From Selaginella moellendorffii (taxonomy: Eukaryota; Plantae; Lycopodiophyta): a stretch of 64,000 nucleotides of DNA. The stretch lies in NCBI RefSeq assembly GCF_000143415.4, contig NW_003314293.1, positions 898,062-962,061 on the forward strand. The letters run 5' to 3'. The notes under the pieces were generated by a model. That model ran no database searches, was not told the origin of the DNA, and was given only the letters and a program-made list of their open reading frames with translations. Shown in pieces: positions 1 through 11,696 of the stretch. Position 1 is the stretch's first letter. Every line of letters starts with the position of its first letter. A program made the translations under genes and the position numbers.

Positions 1-896
1 ATGGTCCTTACGTATGCCCAAAACGGGCATTTTGATCAAGCTTTTAGCTTTGTAGAAAGTTACATGCCTGAGAGGGATTTGGTTATGTGGACCTCCTTTC
101 TCGCAGCATTGGCACAATACGGTCATGTGGAAGATGCCAAGCGTGTGTTTGATTTGTTGTTTATGACCAAATGGGCCAAAGGGATCTCATTGCAATGGCT
201 GTGATGCTCTCGGCATATGCTCAAAATGGACAAATTGTCGAAGTGAAGAGATTCTATGAGAGCTTCCCAGAATGGAACATGGTATCGACTAACACGATGC
301 TTTCGGCATAGGCCCAGCATGGCTATCTAGATCAAGCACTCGTCATCTTCGACAATATGCCCCAGAGAGACGAAGCAACTTGGAATGCTATACTCAAAAC
401 GGACATCTTTCAGATGCCAAGAGAATCTTTCACTCCATGCCCAGCCGCAATATCATCTCGTGGAATACCATTCTAGCTGGTTTTGTGGAAAGTGGACAAC
501 CAGCAGTGGTGAAGAAGGTTTTCAATGAGATGCAATCAACAATCCTTCCGGATGAGGCTTGCTTTGTCATGGTCCTCATTGCCAGCAGCCAAGATGGTTC
601 GCCAGGGGATCCAGAACTTTAGAAGCATGGTTATCGACTATGGAATCCAACCTTTGAAGCAGCATTATTGCTGCATGGTTGATACTTTCAAGAGCTCGGC
701 ATTTGGATGTGGCAATGGAGCTAATTGGGAGCATCCTTTCGTTGCTGATGGAGTGGATTGGATGTGCTTTCTTTCAGCTTGCGGGTGTCAAGCTCATGGT
801 CATGCTGGCTTGAGTGTGGCAAGGCATACAATTGAGAAAGACGAGAAGAAAGCAGCGTTTTATGTGTCAGTGGCAAACATCTACTCAGAGCTTTGA
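1..896 (+). pseudogene. PLS-class pentatricopeptide repeat (PPR) pseudogene with E-domain remnant, 5' end outside window
   Basis: PPR motifs split over several frames (YAQNGHFDQA..MPERDLVMWT..LAQYGHVEDAKRVFD; YTQNGHLSDAKRIFHSMPSRNIISWNTILAGF; FRSMVIDYGIQPLKQHYCCMVD; WMCFLSAC..YVSVANIYS), with frameshifts and stops. Confidence 0.9.
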
Positions 897-2194
897 TGTT
901 AATGAAGGATCGCGAGAGAGAAATCTACTGCTGAGAACCACTTTGTTTGTTGTGGAGCAGGGCTTGAAGCTGGAGCAGGAGATGCTGGATCACCCACTGC
1001 TTCAAAAGGCGGAAGAGATTGGCGTTATGATTGTCAACGACTCCTTTAGAAAAGAATGCGTCCCTGTTGTGGCTTACAATCTCAATGATGCAACCGCAAA
1101 GGTGACAGCCGGAGTTTGAAGAGTAGTTCGTGAACGCAAAAAAAAAATGGAGATTATGTCGATACTCAGTGGCAATGGAATACTTGTTAGTGCGTGGTTA
1201 GGAATTTAGAATGGTCGTGGCAAACGGCATGGTACCATGGGCCACGCTGGATACCTCCACCCTTGAAAACCAAGACTCGAAAAATCATTGTATTTCAATT
1301 GTGATTTTGTGCCTGCTTGTTTGAAGCTAATTACAAAGAAAATCCTACAAAGCCTACTGGGACGCATAAATCAAAATCACTCTCGGATTCATATCGAGGA
1401 TTTCTTCTGCATAATAGTCCCTCAACATGTTGATGAAATAGCCATTGTAATCTAGAGCCGTCCAAAAGTCAGAGAGCTGGTGCTGGGCCTGGGATTTCAA
1501 GTAGCATCTGTGTAAGCGGCAGACGTTCTCGTGAAATGACGATCTCAGCTCTAGAACCTGTAAAATAGTTGGGATAATGAGAATATAACTCAAAAGAGAT
1601 AAAACGAAACTCCCTACCCTTGAATATAGTTTGTGGATGCCATCCTCCCAGCTCCTAATGTTCTTGAGCAAGGAGCAAAAGTTGAGCAAGCACTGCATTA
1701 TGTTGTTCATGCATGACTTCACTCCTGTGTGTTCCAAAGAAACACACACAAAGACAGCAGAAGGCATAAAAGTCTTGCTTTACTTCAGTGCTTACTGATG
1801 GACTGCATTGATCAAGTACTTGTGGTGAACTACCTCCAAGTCCTGCATGTCCTTGATATTCATAATACGTCTGCAAGGAGAAAAAACTTGCAGCACGTTA
1901 TTCTATTTATCTCGTGTTTGATAGCACGAAGAAAATCGCCCCAGAAGCTGCGAATGTACGTGACATTGAAAAACTGTGACAAAATGCCCGATTTGAAGAA
2001 AAACAAAGCCTCAATGAATTAGTGAAGAAAGTTGTTAGAAAGCACCTAAAAAGTTGAAGAGCTCGGAGTTTATCCGTCTGCTGCCCCGAAGAACTCAAAG
2101 AACTCAATTGACGCATGACTGCCTGAAATTATAGAAAAAAATAATGAAATGTCGGCCATGCCTACAAGTAAAGATGAGATGCTTAATGCTCGAT

Positions 2195-2495
2195 CGGCTG
2201 AGGAACCCAATTCAGGAGGAACCTCGTTTGCGAAAAGACTATCCTGTGTGTGCGGTTGAAGCAAGAAACTCAACTCCTGTCACAACTGGCAGTTTCCTGC
2301 TCGGAGCTAGCATTGGTATCACTGTCGTGATTGTCATTGCTGTCCTCACCAAGTCACTTCAGCAGAAGTGGCCTTGTTTAAGAGAAAACTTTTCAAATGC
2401 ACATTTTACTGATAAAAACCACAGACTCACACTGTTTCTGGCTCTGATTCCGAGTCCTCTGAAGCTGTTGTTGATTCTTCCTCCTGTATAAACAA
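2195..2495 (-). pseudogene. Remnant exons of an unknown gene family with an acidic segment (paralogue of 15200-15502 and 55675-55977)
   Basis: Reverse complement aligns by eye with 15200-15502. An AG-bounded exon reads EEESTTASEDSESEPET followed by a GT donor, then EDSNDNHDSDT..; product unknown. Confidence 0.5.
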
Positions 2496-2525
2496 GTTAA
2501 CATTGGAATAAAGAGAAAACTATAG

Positions 2526-2689
2526 ACAACTACCAGTGATATTGGAGACTTCAAACAGGGCGATCAGAAGCAGCTGGTTTGTGAGGATATTGAGACTGGA
2601 CATACGAAGCCAAAGAATACATCCATCTTTAGGCTTGCTAGTCTGCTGAACAAGCCGGAAGTTTCAATCGTCTTGGTGGGGTCTCTGGC
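2526..2689 (+). pseudogene. ABCB (P-glycoprotein/MDR) transporter exon fragment (linker / start of TMD2), cut by an LTR insertion
   Basis: Reads ..EDIETGHTKPKNTSIFRLASLLNKPEVSIVLVGSLA, matching the plant ABCB motif R(L/I)AxLNKPE(I/V)PVLxxGS. Starts after a TAG possible acceptor and ends at the A1 LTR. Confidence 0.7.
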
Positions 2690-3310
2690 TGTTAGGCGCC
2701 AACTTTGACCATGTGGTCAACATTAGTCAAAGGGAGGCTCAAAGATATATTAAGGCATGTTAGGGTGAGGGACTTAACCTACCCTAGGGCTCACAGTGGA
2801 GCGGTGGCATAGTGGAGCTTTTGAGGTAGCTTGGGGGTGGTTGGGTGGTGAGGAACCTCAAGAGGTGGCATAGCATAGTTTAGGGCAATTAGATGTCTAT
2901 CTTTTTTGTGCCAGATTATAACATTGGTATCAGAGGAGTTGGTTGCGATGGCCGACCAAGTTGAACGCTGGAATCCTATTGTCGATGGTGGTGCCGACAA
3001 TGGTGCCGATGAAGCTGCGGAAATTTGGACCATTCAAGATGTGGTTCACGAGCTGCAAGCCCTTAATTGAAATCAGTAAAAGATGCAAGACGAAATGCAT
3101 GGCATGATGGATACCATGCATGGGTGTGTTGAGGCAATTGAGGCTGGAGGGGGTAGCGCTCCAAGTAAGCCTTCTTTGGTAGATCGACTCAAAATTCCAA
3201 CCTTTTCCGGTGATGGTGGTGTGGATGAGTGTCTCACTTGGCTAGCCAATGTAAAGAAGTTCTTAGCTGCTAGGGGAACTCCAGATGTAAAGGCTTTAAT
3301 GGCTATTCCA
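2690..3310 (+). mobile_element. Gypsy family A copy 1: 5' LTR (2690-2923), tRNA-iMet PBS (2925-2935), truncated gag (ATG 2948)
   Basis: TG..CA LTR matching those at 14840-15065, 42210-42442 and 55306-55540; PBS TGGTATCAGAG; gag MADQVERWNP..RLKIPTFSGDG. Confidence 0.9.
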
Positions 3311-3533
3311 AAGTCCCTCACCCTAACATGCCTTAATATATCCTTGAGCCTTCCTTTGACCGACTTTGACCACGTGGTCAAAGTTGGTGCCTAACAATTC
3401 TTCCCCCCCAACAAAGTCCTTGTCCCAAGGACGAGTTGTATTGGTGATCACCCTTTCTGGGGAACCTTACTCAAGCTTTTGGTCCATCTTCCACAGCCGT
3501 ATACATCAAGGAGGCATTGGGCCCGTCACTCCG

Positions 3534-6500
3534 TGTCGCGAATGTGACTTTGGATATTGAAAGTTACCTGTTGACTAGTCCTTACAGACACTCTTACCTT
3601 ACTGCCACGATGGCAGGAGGTCAGTATTGCTAGACTTGTTATCAGTCTCCGCCTAAGCTAGTCTTCACGTGTGCACTTGACCAGATGAGCATAAGGAAGG
3701 AATTCCTAAGTGTTTATTTAGTCAAGCATACTTGACCTGGTTAGAGAAACTCATTCGTTGACTTGCACTTGCTAATGTTGGGAACCCCTGTGATATTGAG
3801 CTTGGTCCCTCAATATCATTAGATGATAACTTACTGTGTCTGCCAAACACCCTCGCTATCATGCCCTTTGTGTTACTCTCATTTTGGTCCCAAATGCTAT
3901 TTATGGAAAGTGTCTAGATTTGCTCATTTGGCATATCTACGGAATGTAGAGATTAGTGTGAACATAATGGTGTTCGTCCTGTGTCCAAATTTGCAATCTA
4001 GTGGCATTCCATATTTAGTAAGTTTCGAGCTTGTCCCAGAGACTAACTCCTGATACTAAGGGAAGCTTGGGGTGAAAGCCCAAAACGTGTGTTCCTCAAG
4101 GGGGGGGGGGGGGGCTGTGGGGGGTTCCAAATGTATAGTAGGGATAGTGGGTAGGTCGGGCATGGCCAGCCAACCTGAGGCATAGTTTAGCTCCCACTTG
4201 TGTGCTTGTCCTTGTTCTGTGTTTGGCTTAGGTTTAAGCCCAAGCTCCACACCATGCTAGTTGGTGGAGTACCCATATCCTTGCGTTAGGCCACCGGTAT
4301 ATTGAAATAGCACCAGACTCCATTTGGCTTCGTTTTGCGTGCTGGTCCTGGCATTGGGATGCTGGTTACTCTAGGACGGTTCCAAGTCGCTCCGGACTCC
4401 TATCCCTTCGCTCCTTGGGTTGTATGCTTGGGAGTTGCTCCGTGGTTCGGTTCCGTCACTCCTCGGCTCCATGCTTGGGAGTTTGGCACCGTTCCTTCGT
4501 TCAGTGGCCCAAGGCTCTGAAACTCTAGTTCCACACCACTGTCCTTTAGACACGTGGCATGTGACATGTGGCATTTATCACGTGGCACAAAGAGGGTTTA
4601 GGTTCCGCTTTGTGGTTATCTTATGGTAAATCACCATAGGATAAAGGGTAAAAACCACGTGCGCTACATTTGGTATCAGAGAATGAGTCTTAGCGAGTAC
4701 TATCCAATGAGATTGGGCAACTAGTCTCATTGCATATGCAGAGATGAAAACGATGATCCGAGTGGGTACACGTTTTGGTGCAAAAGACTTCGCAATCGTT
4801 CCTTGGGTATGGATTTGGTTACCTTTTTGCACCGTAATAATGTGAGCTTGCTCTTGGGCTCATAGGATGGATTTGAGCTATACCGTTTGCACGAGTTTGA
4901 GCTTGGGCTCGTGAGTGAGGCACATTAGCAACTCGAGAGTGAGGCACATTAGCAACTCGTGAGTGAGGCACATTAGCACATTACACTTTGAGTTGGCAGG
5001 ATTAATGATATCCTATCGGTGGTTCCATGAGTTGTTCTTTGTACCATGGGTGAAAGCAAACCTCCCTGGGTTTGCTATGAGTTGCAAATGGGCTAGTCCG
5101 TAGTTGTTTAGCACGGCACTAGTGGATCCTTCCTAGGTATGATTACAAGTGGATCAATCAAGACTATAGGGATTAGTCTATTGGTTCAAGTAGTTATTGT
5201 TGTGCTCTCTCATAAACTTTTCTTGGATTGGACTGAAGGTAGTGCGAAAGCAAATTTGAGGTTTAGTCAAAGATGAGATCGAAAAGAGAGTCATTGGGGA
5301 CGAAGGATCAAACACGTAAATCATTTTCTCTTCTCGGAGAGATGATTCGCAACGAGGTGCTAACTCATTGCTCGTGCTCACATCATGCAATCAAAAGTCC
5401 CTATCTTGATGCATGTTGGAGATGGTGGTCTTACGAGTGGTGAGTTACGGGATGGATAGTGGTGAAGCGCTATACCATTTTGTCTAGGCTTGCTATTGGA
5501 AGACTTGGGTTGCAATACTCAATTCTTTTCCGGAGAACCTTGTTATTGCTCCTTGAGTAACTTGGTGTTGGATTAGTGTTGAGTTTGGTCAGAAAGAGAG
5601 TGGCATGAGTTTGTCCGTGTTGTGAACAAAAGTTAGTGGTGTTAGGTGTTGTAAATCTCCATTGATAGGGTGTGGCATTTATGTTGCATTTTGTCGAATC
5701 GAGTTGGCACTTGATATTCACATAAACCTTTGCAGTAGTGACATGGGCATTGCTCATAGTGTTGCTTGATTGATGATCAAGTCATTGTGATTTTATATTA
5801 TATCCATGTGATAATGAGCAATGTGTTTATAAAGTTGCTTGGGTAAATGATGATCAACCCTGAAGTGGTTGATGGTGAAGCTAGTCTACTTACACGTAGT
5901 AGTATTGTAGTAGCTTTGACTGGATTCTCAATGGTGGTTCATTATGCTAAGCTTAAGTTGGTACCTTGTTTCCTTAAGGGTTTGCCCATAAGGTGTTGGA
6001 AATAGGTTGTAGTATTCATTTGCTATAGCTCATCTGTTGATCCGTTAGCACTTGGAGTAGATTGTTGGATGGAGAAGATGTGTAGTTGGGGCATTGACAT
6101 CACTAGCACTTGTGTTAGTGGAAGTGGCATTGTTATTTCAAGTGATGAGGAATTTTTTTTAACCTTGATTTTCCATGTTATTTTTCTTGTTAGTGTTTTG
6201 GCTTCACATTGGATCTTGAAGGTGATTGAAGAAGAGTGTTAGTGCAATGTTGATATTTGAAGATGTGGTTTTCGTGATCAAGCCTTGGGTGTTCACTTTA
6301 CATTTTGCGGATGTCGGAGTTAGATGTCGGAAAAATTGGCAAAGATGTTTGATGCTTAAGCATATTATGGGTCATGAGAATTTGTGTTGAGGTGAACCTA
6401 TGTGAAGTTGTTGGTAAGAGGAAGTTGGTTGAGTCTTGAAAGTTTGCATTCTTGGACTGAGAGTCATTCTTTCTCTAGGATGGAAAATTTTCCCCAAATT

Positions 6501-9500
6501 TTTTTAGACTTTTCCAATGGCTAATTTATTGATCATTTTGTTTGAAAACCAGTTTGTTTTTGTAAGGACTTTAATTCCTTAGTAAATAATTTGTATGATG
6601 CAGCCCAAAAGGGATGCTAACTTTTGGGGCTAAGGCAATTGAGTTGGATAGAGTCAGGAGTTAGTATAAAAAAGTGGCCGTTGCATTTTTTCTAAGAAGG
6701 GTAACCCTTGTGCCTTTCTTCTATAGTGTTGCTTGGTGGCAGGTTGCACCTTGCATTTCGCTTAAGACTTTATGAGAGTAGTGAGCTCTCACTAATCTTG
6801 ATTTGGTCTTGGTGGCCCTGCACCTTGGCTGAGGATGGTGATGTCCAACTTAGTTGTTTGAGATTGAGATGTTAGTACCCGTATTATAGCTTTGTCTATG
6901 AGGAGGTTGTGTACCGATATGAGTCCATCTCATGGTCTTCACTTTAGTCTCGACTAAGTGTTAATTGCATAGCTAGCCTCTTCAAGGCATGCTCAGAGCT
7001 AGTGGCTAAATGTTTTAGTGAGTTTATTGTGGTCGAGTTGGATTCGAGTGGTCATTTAGTTTGTGCTAGTCTATGAACTTTTATTTCGTACCTGGGGTAT
7101 CACGTTCATGTTGAATAAGTATATAACTTGATGACAAGAGTTTAGTGTTTGGGTCTTGTGAAGGCAAGTTAACGAGTGATTGTTAGTTGCTTTGCAATTA
7201 GTAATTGCTTGTAAACTTCGTCAAGGACTATTGACACTTGCTTTGTTGATGATTGTTGCTTCGATGATGATTTAGCAGTGATGGGCTTGCTTTACCGGAT
7301 GGTGTTGCAGAGGATCGTGTTGTTAAACTTACATGAGTTTTTATGTTGGCATGTTGACTCTACCTCTATTGATATCATTTGGTTACATTTAGTCCGTAGT
7401 GTTGGATTTCCTTAAGTCTTGGACGTGGTGAATCACTCCTTGATGATGTGTTATCTGTAGCTGAGTGTTGTTGAAGGATTGGTCTCGGATACTAACTAAA
7501 GTATCTTTGACTTTGGTTAGCTTAGTTGCTGGAGAGCTCCGAGTGGTGATTCACTCTTGCTTTCTTCTAGTTTTGTTATGGTGTTGATGGCATTGAAGTG
7601 ATGTCTTGTCGTTGACATTGTTGATATTGAGATTCGAATGAAATAAGATATCCTTCCAAGGATTGATATTGAGTTTCATTAGTCTTGATAAAAATAGTGT
7701 TGATGATTTGGCCTTAGTTTTGTGTTATTGGCATTCATGCATTTGTTAGTTAGCAACTGTGTTGATGTTCAAATGAACTGAATGGCAAGTTGAGTTAGTT
7801 GTGTTCTAGATGAGATTGCTTAGTTGAGGTTGAGCTTTAGCTTTTCCTTGAAAAGTGATTTAGTCGTGGACAATGCTACCTCTATAAGAGGAAGAGTTAG
7901 TGATTGGTATTAAAGTGATTGAATCCTTGTTGGATTTCAGTTGGGATATATCAATCATTGATGATTCTTTTTGTGCTTGTTATGAAGTGAGTTACATCTT
8001 GCTATAGATGGATTCATGGAGGATCGTTTGGTGATCACTTGTTGAGCATAACTTCGTTATACTTGGCTTTTGGATTGATGTAAATATGTTCTTCCTTAGC
8101 TTTAGCATTATGAAATTTAGCTTCTAGATGTGTTGAGGAGGATATTGTGGGTTATACCATGATTTTCTTTTTAGCATTGAAGTTAATTCATGTGAGACTC
8201 GTGATCATTATTAGGCAAGACTTAGCTATAGACTTCTTCGAGCTTTTGGTTCCTTGAGTTTTACACTCATTATTCCATTCGTTAGAAGTTGTTGGGGAAG
8301 GCATTTTGGTCCTTAGCTTCGATATTGAAGTTTGCTTTTGCATCTAGCAATCATTGATGATGATTGACTATCATCTAAAATAGTTGATTATCCTTGTCGA
8401 AGGTTTTTGCTTGATTATCATTAATCTAGAATGATTTGCTATTCTTCGGAATGGTGGATTCCTTCTTAGACGATGATTCTGCATATATCTTTTTGATGGG
8501 ATGATTGATGATCTTTCATGATGATTAGTTGTTATCTTTTATAGCTTATGGTTTTTTGCAATACCATATGTTCTTTGTGGTTTGCTCTGGATTGGTCTCT
8601 TGGTTTGAGACATTGGTGGGAGGTTGCTAACACTTGCTTAAGCAACTCTGGTTCCTTGGTATTATTGACCAGGATCTATTCAGATTAGCTAATGCACTGG
8701 TTGATATGAATAAGTGTTTGTTTGCTTTGCAACATTCATTTTGTTTTGTTGATTATTGCTCGAGTTAGTTCTCATAGATTAAGATGTTATTTCCTTCGGG
8801 TGATATATTCGCGAGTATTGTGCTTGTTAGTCAATGATACCTTGTATACCTTGCATTGTTTTTTGTGAGTTGTTTGGCATGCTATCTGCCATCTTCGATA
8901 GTTAAGTTTTCTCATTGAGTTTACTTGATGATATATTGACAATTGAATTTTGTTAGATGGTGAATCCTATGTTTACCACTTATGATGATCTTGGTGGTTC
9001 CTATACTATAATACTAGTTTCTCGGATGATAACTTACTTGAAATACTTTTGTGTTTTAATCTAAGATTAATTCACTGATAATTAAATCTCTAAGATATCA
9101 TTGTCTATGACTTTGATATGGTCCATATATTGATCCTTGAGTTTGGGCCAGTATAGGTAGACTGGTTTCGGCACTTCGTGTGCATGTTGAAATCTCTAGT
9201 CATGGGGTAGCTACTGTCGACTGGTCACATAACCCGCCTCTCTGTCGATGTTCCTTATTCCGTTGAAAGGGCGTGACCGTGTAAACAACACTAACTACCT
9301 GTTTACAGTAGTCTATTTAAACCTTACCGACGGGTTTGGTTTCTTTGCTCATGAGGGTTGGGGCCTCTGGCTTTTCTCTCTATGTCCCTGTGGGCAGGGG
9401 CATATCACACTTTTGTAGCTGGGTGACACCCAGAGTAGCAAGGGTGGCTAACTCTATTGGTCATTTCCTTGTCGGTGACGGCCAGAAAGTGTCTGAGCTG

Positions 9501-10796
9501 GTAGTGCATCCGCATTAGACAAAGAGGTTGCCCCCTAACTCATTTAAGTTGGTGCATTTATCACATAGTGTGAGTACCGTGAACTTTTTCTGGAGTTGTT
9601 TCCTTGGCAGTATTCTAGACTCAAGTATGCATCAACAAGGACGTCAATCTTCCGTAGGGGGGGAGAGTGTCGCAAATGTGACTTCGGGTATCGAAAGTTA
9701 CCTGTCGACTAGTCCTTACGTACACTCTTACCTTACTGTCACGATGGTAGGAGGTCGGTATTGCTAGACCCGTTATCAGTCTCCGCCTAAGCTAGTTGAG
9801 AAACTAGTCTTCGCGCGTGCACTTGACCAGATGAGCATAAGGAAGGAATTCCTAAGTGTTTATTTAGTCAAGCATACTTGACCTGGTTAGAGAAACTCAT
9901 TCATTGACTTGCACTTGCTAGTGTTGGAAACCCCCGCGATATTGAGTTTGGTCCCTCAATATCGCTAGATGAGAATTTACCGTGTCTGCCAAACACCCTC
10001 GCTACCATGCCCTTTGTTTTGTCCCAAATGCTATTTATGGAAAGTGTCTAAATTTGCTCATTTGGCATATCTACAGAATGTAGAGATTGGCCTGAACACA
10101 ATGGTGTTCGTCCCGTGTCCAAATTCGCATTCTAGGGCCATTCTATATTTAGTAAGTTTTGAGCTTGTCCTATAGACTAACTCCTGATACTAAAGGAGGC
10201 TTGGGGTGAAAGCCCAAAGTGTGTGTTCCTCAGGGGGGGGGGCTGTGGGGGGTTCCAAATGTATAGTAGGGATAGTGGGTAAGTTGGGCATGGCCGACCA
10301 ACCTGAGGCATAGTCTAACTCCCGCTTGCGTGCCTGTCCTTGTTCTGCATCCGGCTTGGGTCTAAGCCCAAGTTCCACACCATGCTAGTTGGTGGAGTAC
10401 CTATATCCTCGCGTTAGGCCACCGGTATACTGAAATAGCGCCAGACTCCATTTGGCTTCGTTTTGCGTGCTGGTCCTGGCATTAGGATGTTGGTTACTCT
10501 AGGACTGTTCCAAGTTGCTCCGGGGTCCTGTCCCTTTGCTCCTTGGGTTGTATGCTCGGGAGTTACTCCGTGGTTCGGTTCCGTCACTCCTCGGCTCCAT
10601 GCTTGGGAGTTTGGCACCGTTCCTTCGTTCAGTGGCCCAAGGCCCTGAAACTCGGGTTCCACACCACTGTCCTTTGGACACGTGGCATGTGACACATGGC
10701 ATTTGTCACGTGGCACAAAGAGGGTTTATGTTCCGCTCCGTGGTTATCCTATGGTAAATCACCATAGGATAAAGGGTAAAAACCACGTGTGATACA
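3534..10796 (+). mobile_element. Family B copy 1: LARD-like non-autonomous LTR retrotransposon (7263 bp)
   Basis: LTRs 3534-4668 and 9668-10796 (TG..CA); PBS TGGTATCAGAG 4671-4681; PPT AGGGGGGGAGAG 9656-9667; perfect TSD CTCCG (3529-3533 / 10797-10801); ~5 kb interior without long ORFs. Confidence 0.95.
4908..4978 (+). repeat. 24-bp tandem repeat x3 (CTCGWGAGTGAGGCACATTAGCAA) in B1 interior
   Basis: Three units visible; other B copies (~23400, ~47850) carry about one unit. Confidence 0.9.
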
Positions 10797-11087
10797 CTCC
10801 GAGATAGTATACCTTTCAACTTGCTGACATAAAATACCGGATGAATTTTCACCCCAGCTGGTAGTCGCACCCGATAAGCCGCTTTACCAATGCGCTCCAG
10901 CACTTCATATGGACCAGCATATCGATAGAAAAGTTTATCACTCTTCCTTGTCCATAAAGGCACCAAGGTGGTCCGCCGCTCACTTAACGGAAAGATCACT
11001 TGCACAAAGATGAAATCACCCACCTTATATTCCCAAAATTGGCGATGCTCATTAGCAAGCTTCTCCACTCTATCCTGAGCTACATGC

Positions 11088-11696
11088 TTTATCCCCCAAG
11101 GTTCCAAGGATCCACGGTGAGAGTATATCCAAATCTCATCCTATGATCACATACACTACACTCACCCCCCCTGGTTCCAAGGATCCACGGTGAGAGTATA
11201 TCCAAATCTCATCCTATGATCACATGCACTACACTCACCCCCCCTTGAGAGATGTTGTTCTACTGAGCCAAAAGGAACTAGCACCTCCATTTCCAATCTG
11301 AATCTACCAATCCTTCCATTGTGTAGACCAGCTATTCCATGTGAGGCAACTAGTCATCCACCCGTACCACAGTCCCACGATAGATACCTTCGTCCGTGGA
11401 TAAGAGGAAGGACATACGCATGGATGCATAATACGTACGATTTCAAATTTAAGGGTAGGAATATACCTTGCTCAGGGTATATTATATTTTTAAGTAGCCG
11501 GAATCGAACCCGTGCCATTTGCTCTGATACCACATGTAGTGCACCCTATCTCTCTCCCCTTAAGCCAACTGGAAAAGGGGCAATTGCTTGATGAGAGAGC
11601 CCTTAGTAGCTATTTTATCCCCATTTATCCCCCAAGGTTCCAAAGATCCACGATGACAATATATCCAAATCTCATCCCATGATCACATGTGCTACA
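11088..11696 (-). mobile_element. TRIM family C inserted in A2 integrase; 3' LTR truncated
   Basis: 162-bp 5' LTR 11535-11696; PBS TGGTATCAGAGC 11521-11532; ~280 bp non-coding interior; PPT 11234-11246; partial 3' LTR. A deletion removed the rest of the LTR and the A2 integrase core. Confidence 0.85.

Noticed and set aside
3823-4832. Recurrent 60-100 aa ORFs (MRAGPGIG.., MELGL.., MPRDKC..) as a gene family
   Set aside because: They are chance frames inside B LTR copies, overlapping on both strands with inconsistent starts and stops.
10617-10667. tRNA/SINE-like stretch in the B LTR (GTTCAGTGG..GGGTTCCACACCA)
   Set aside because: A/B box matches are weak, spacing is too short and no cloverleaf can be drawn.
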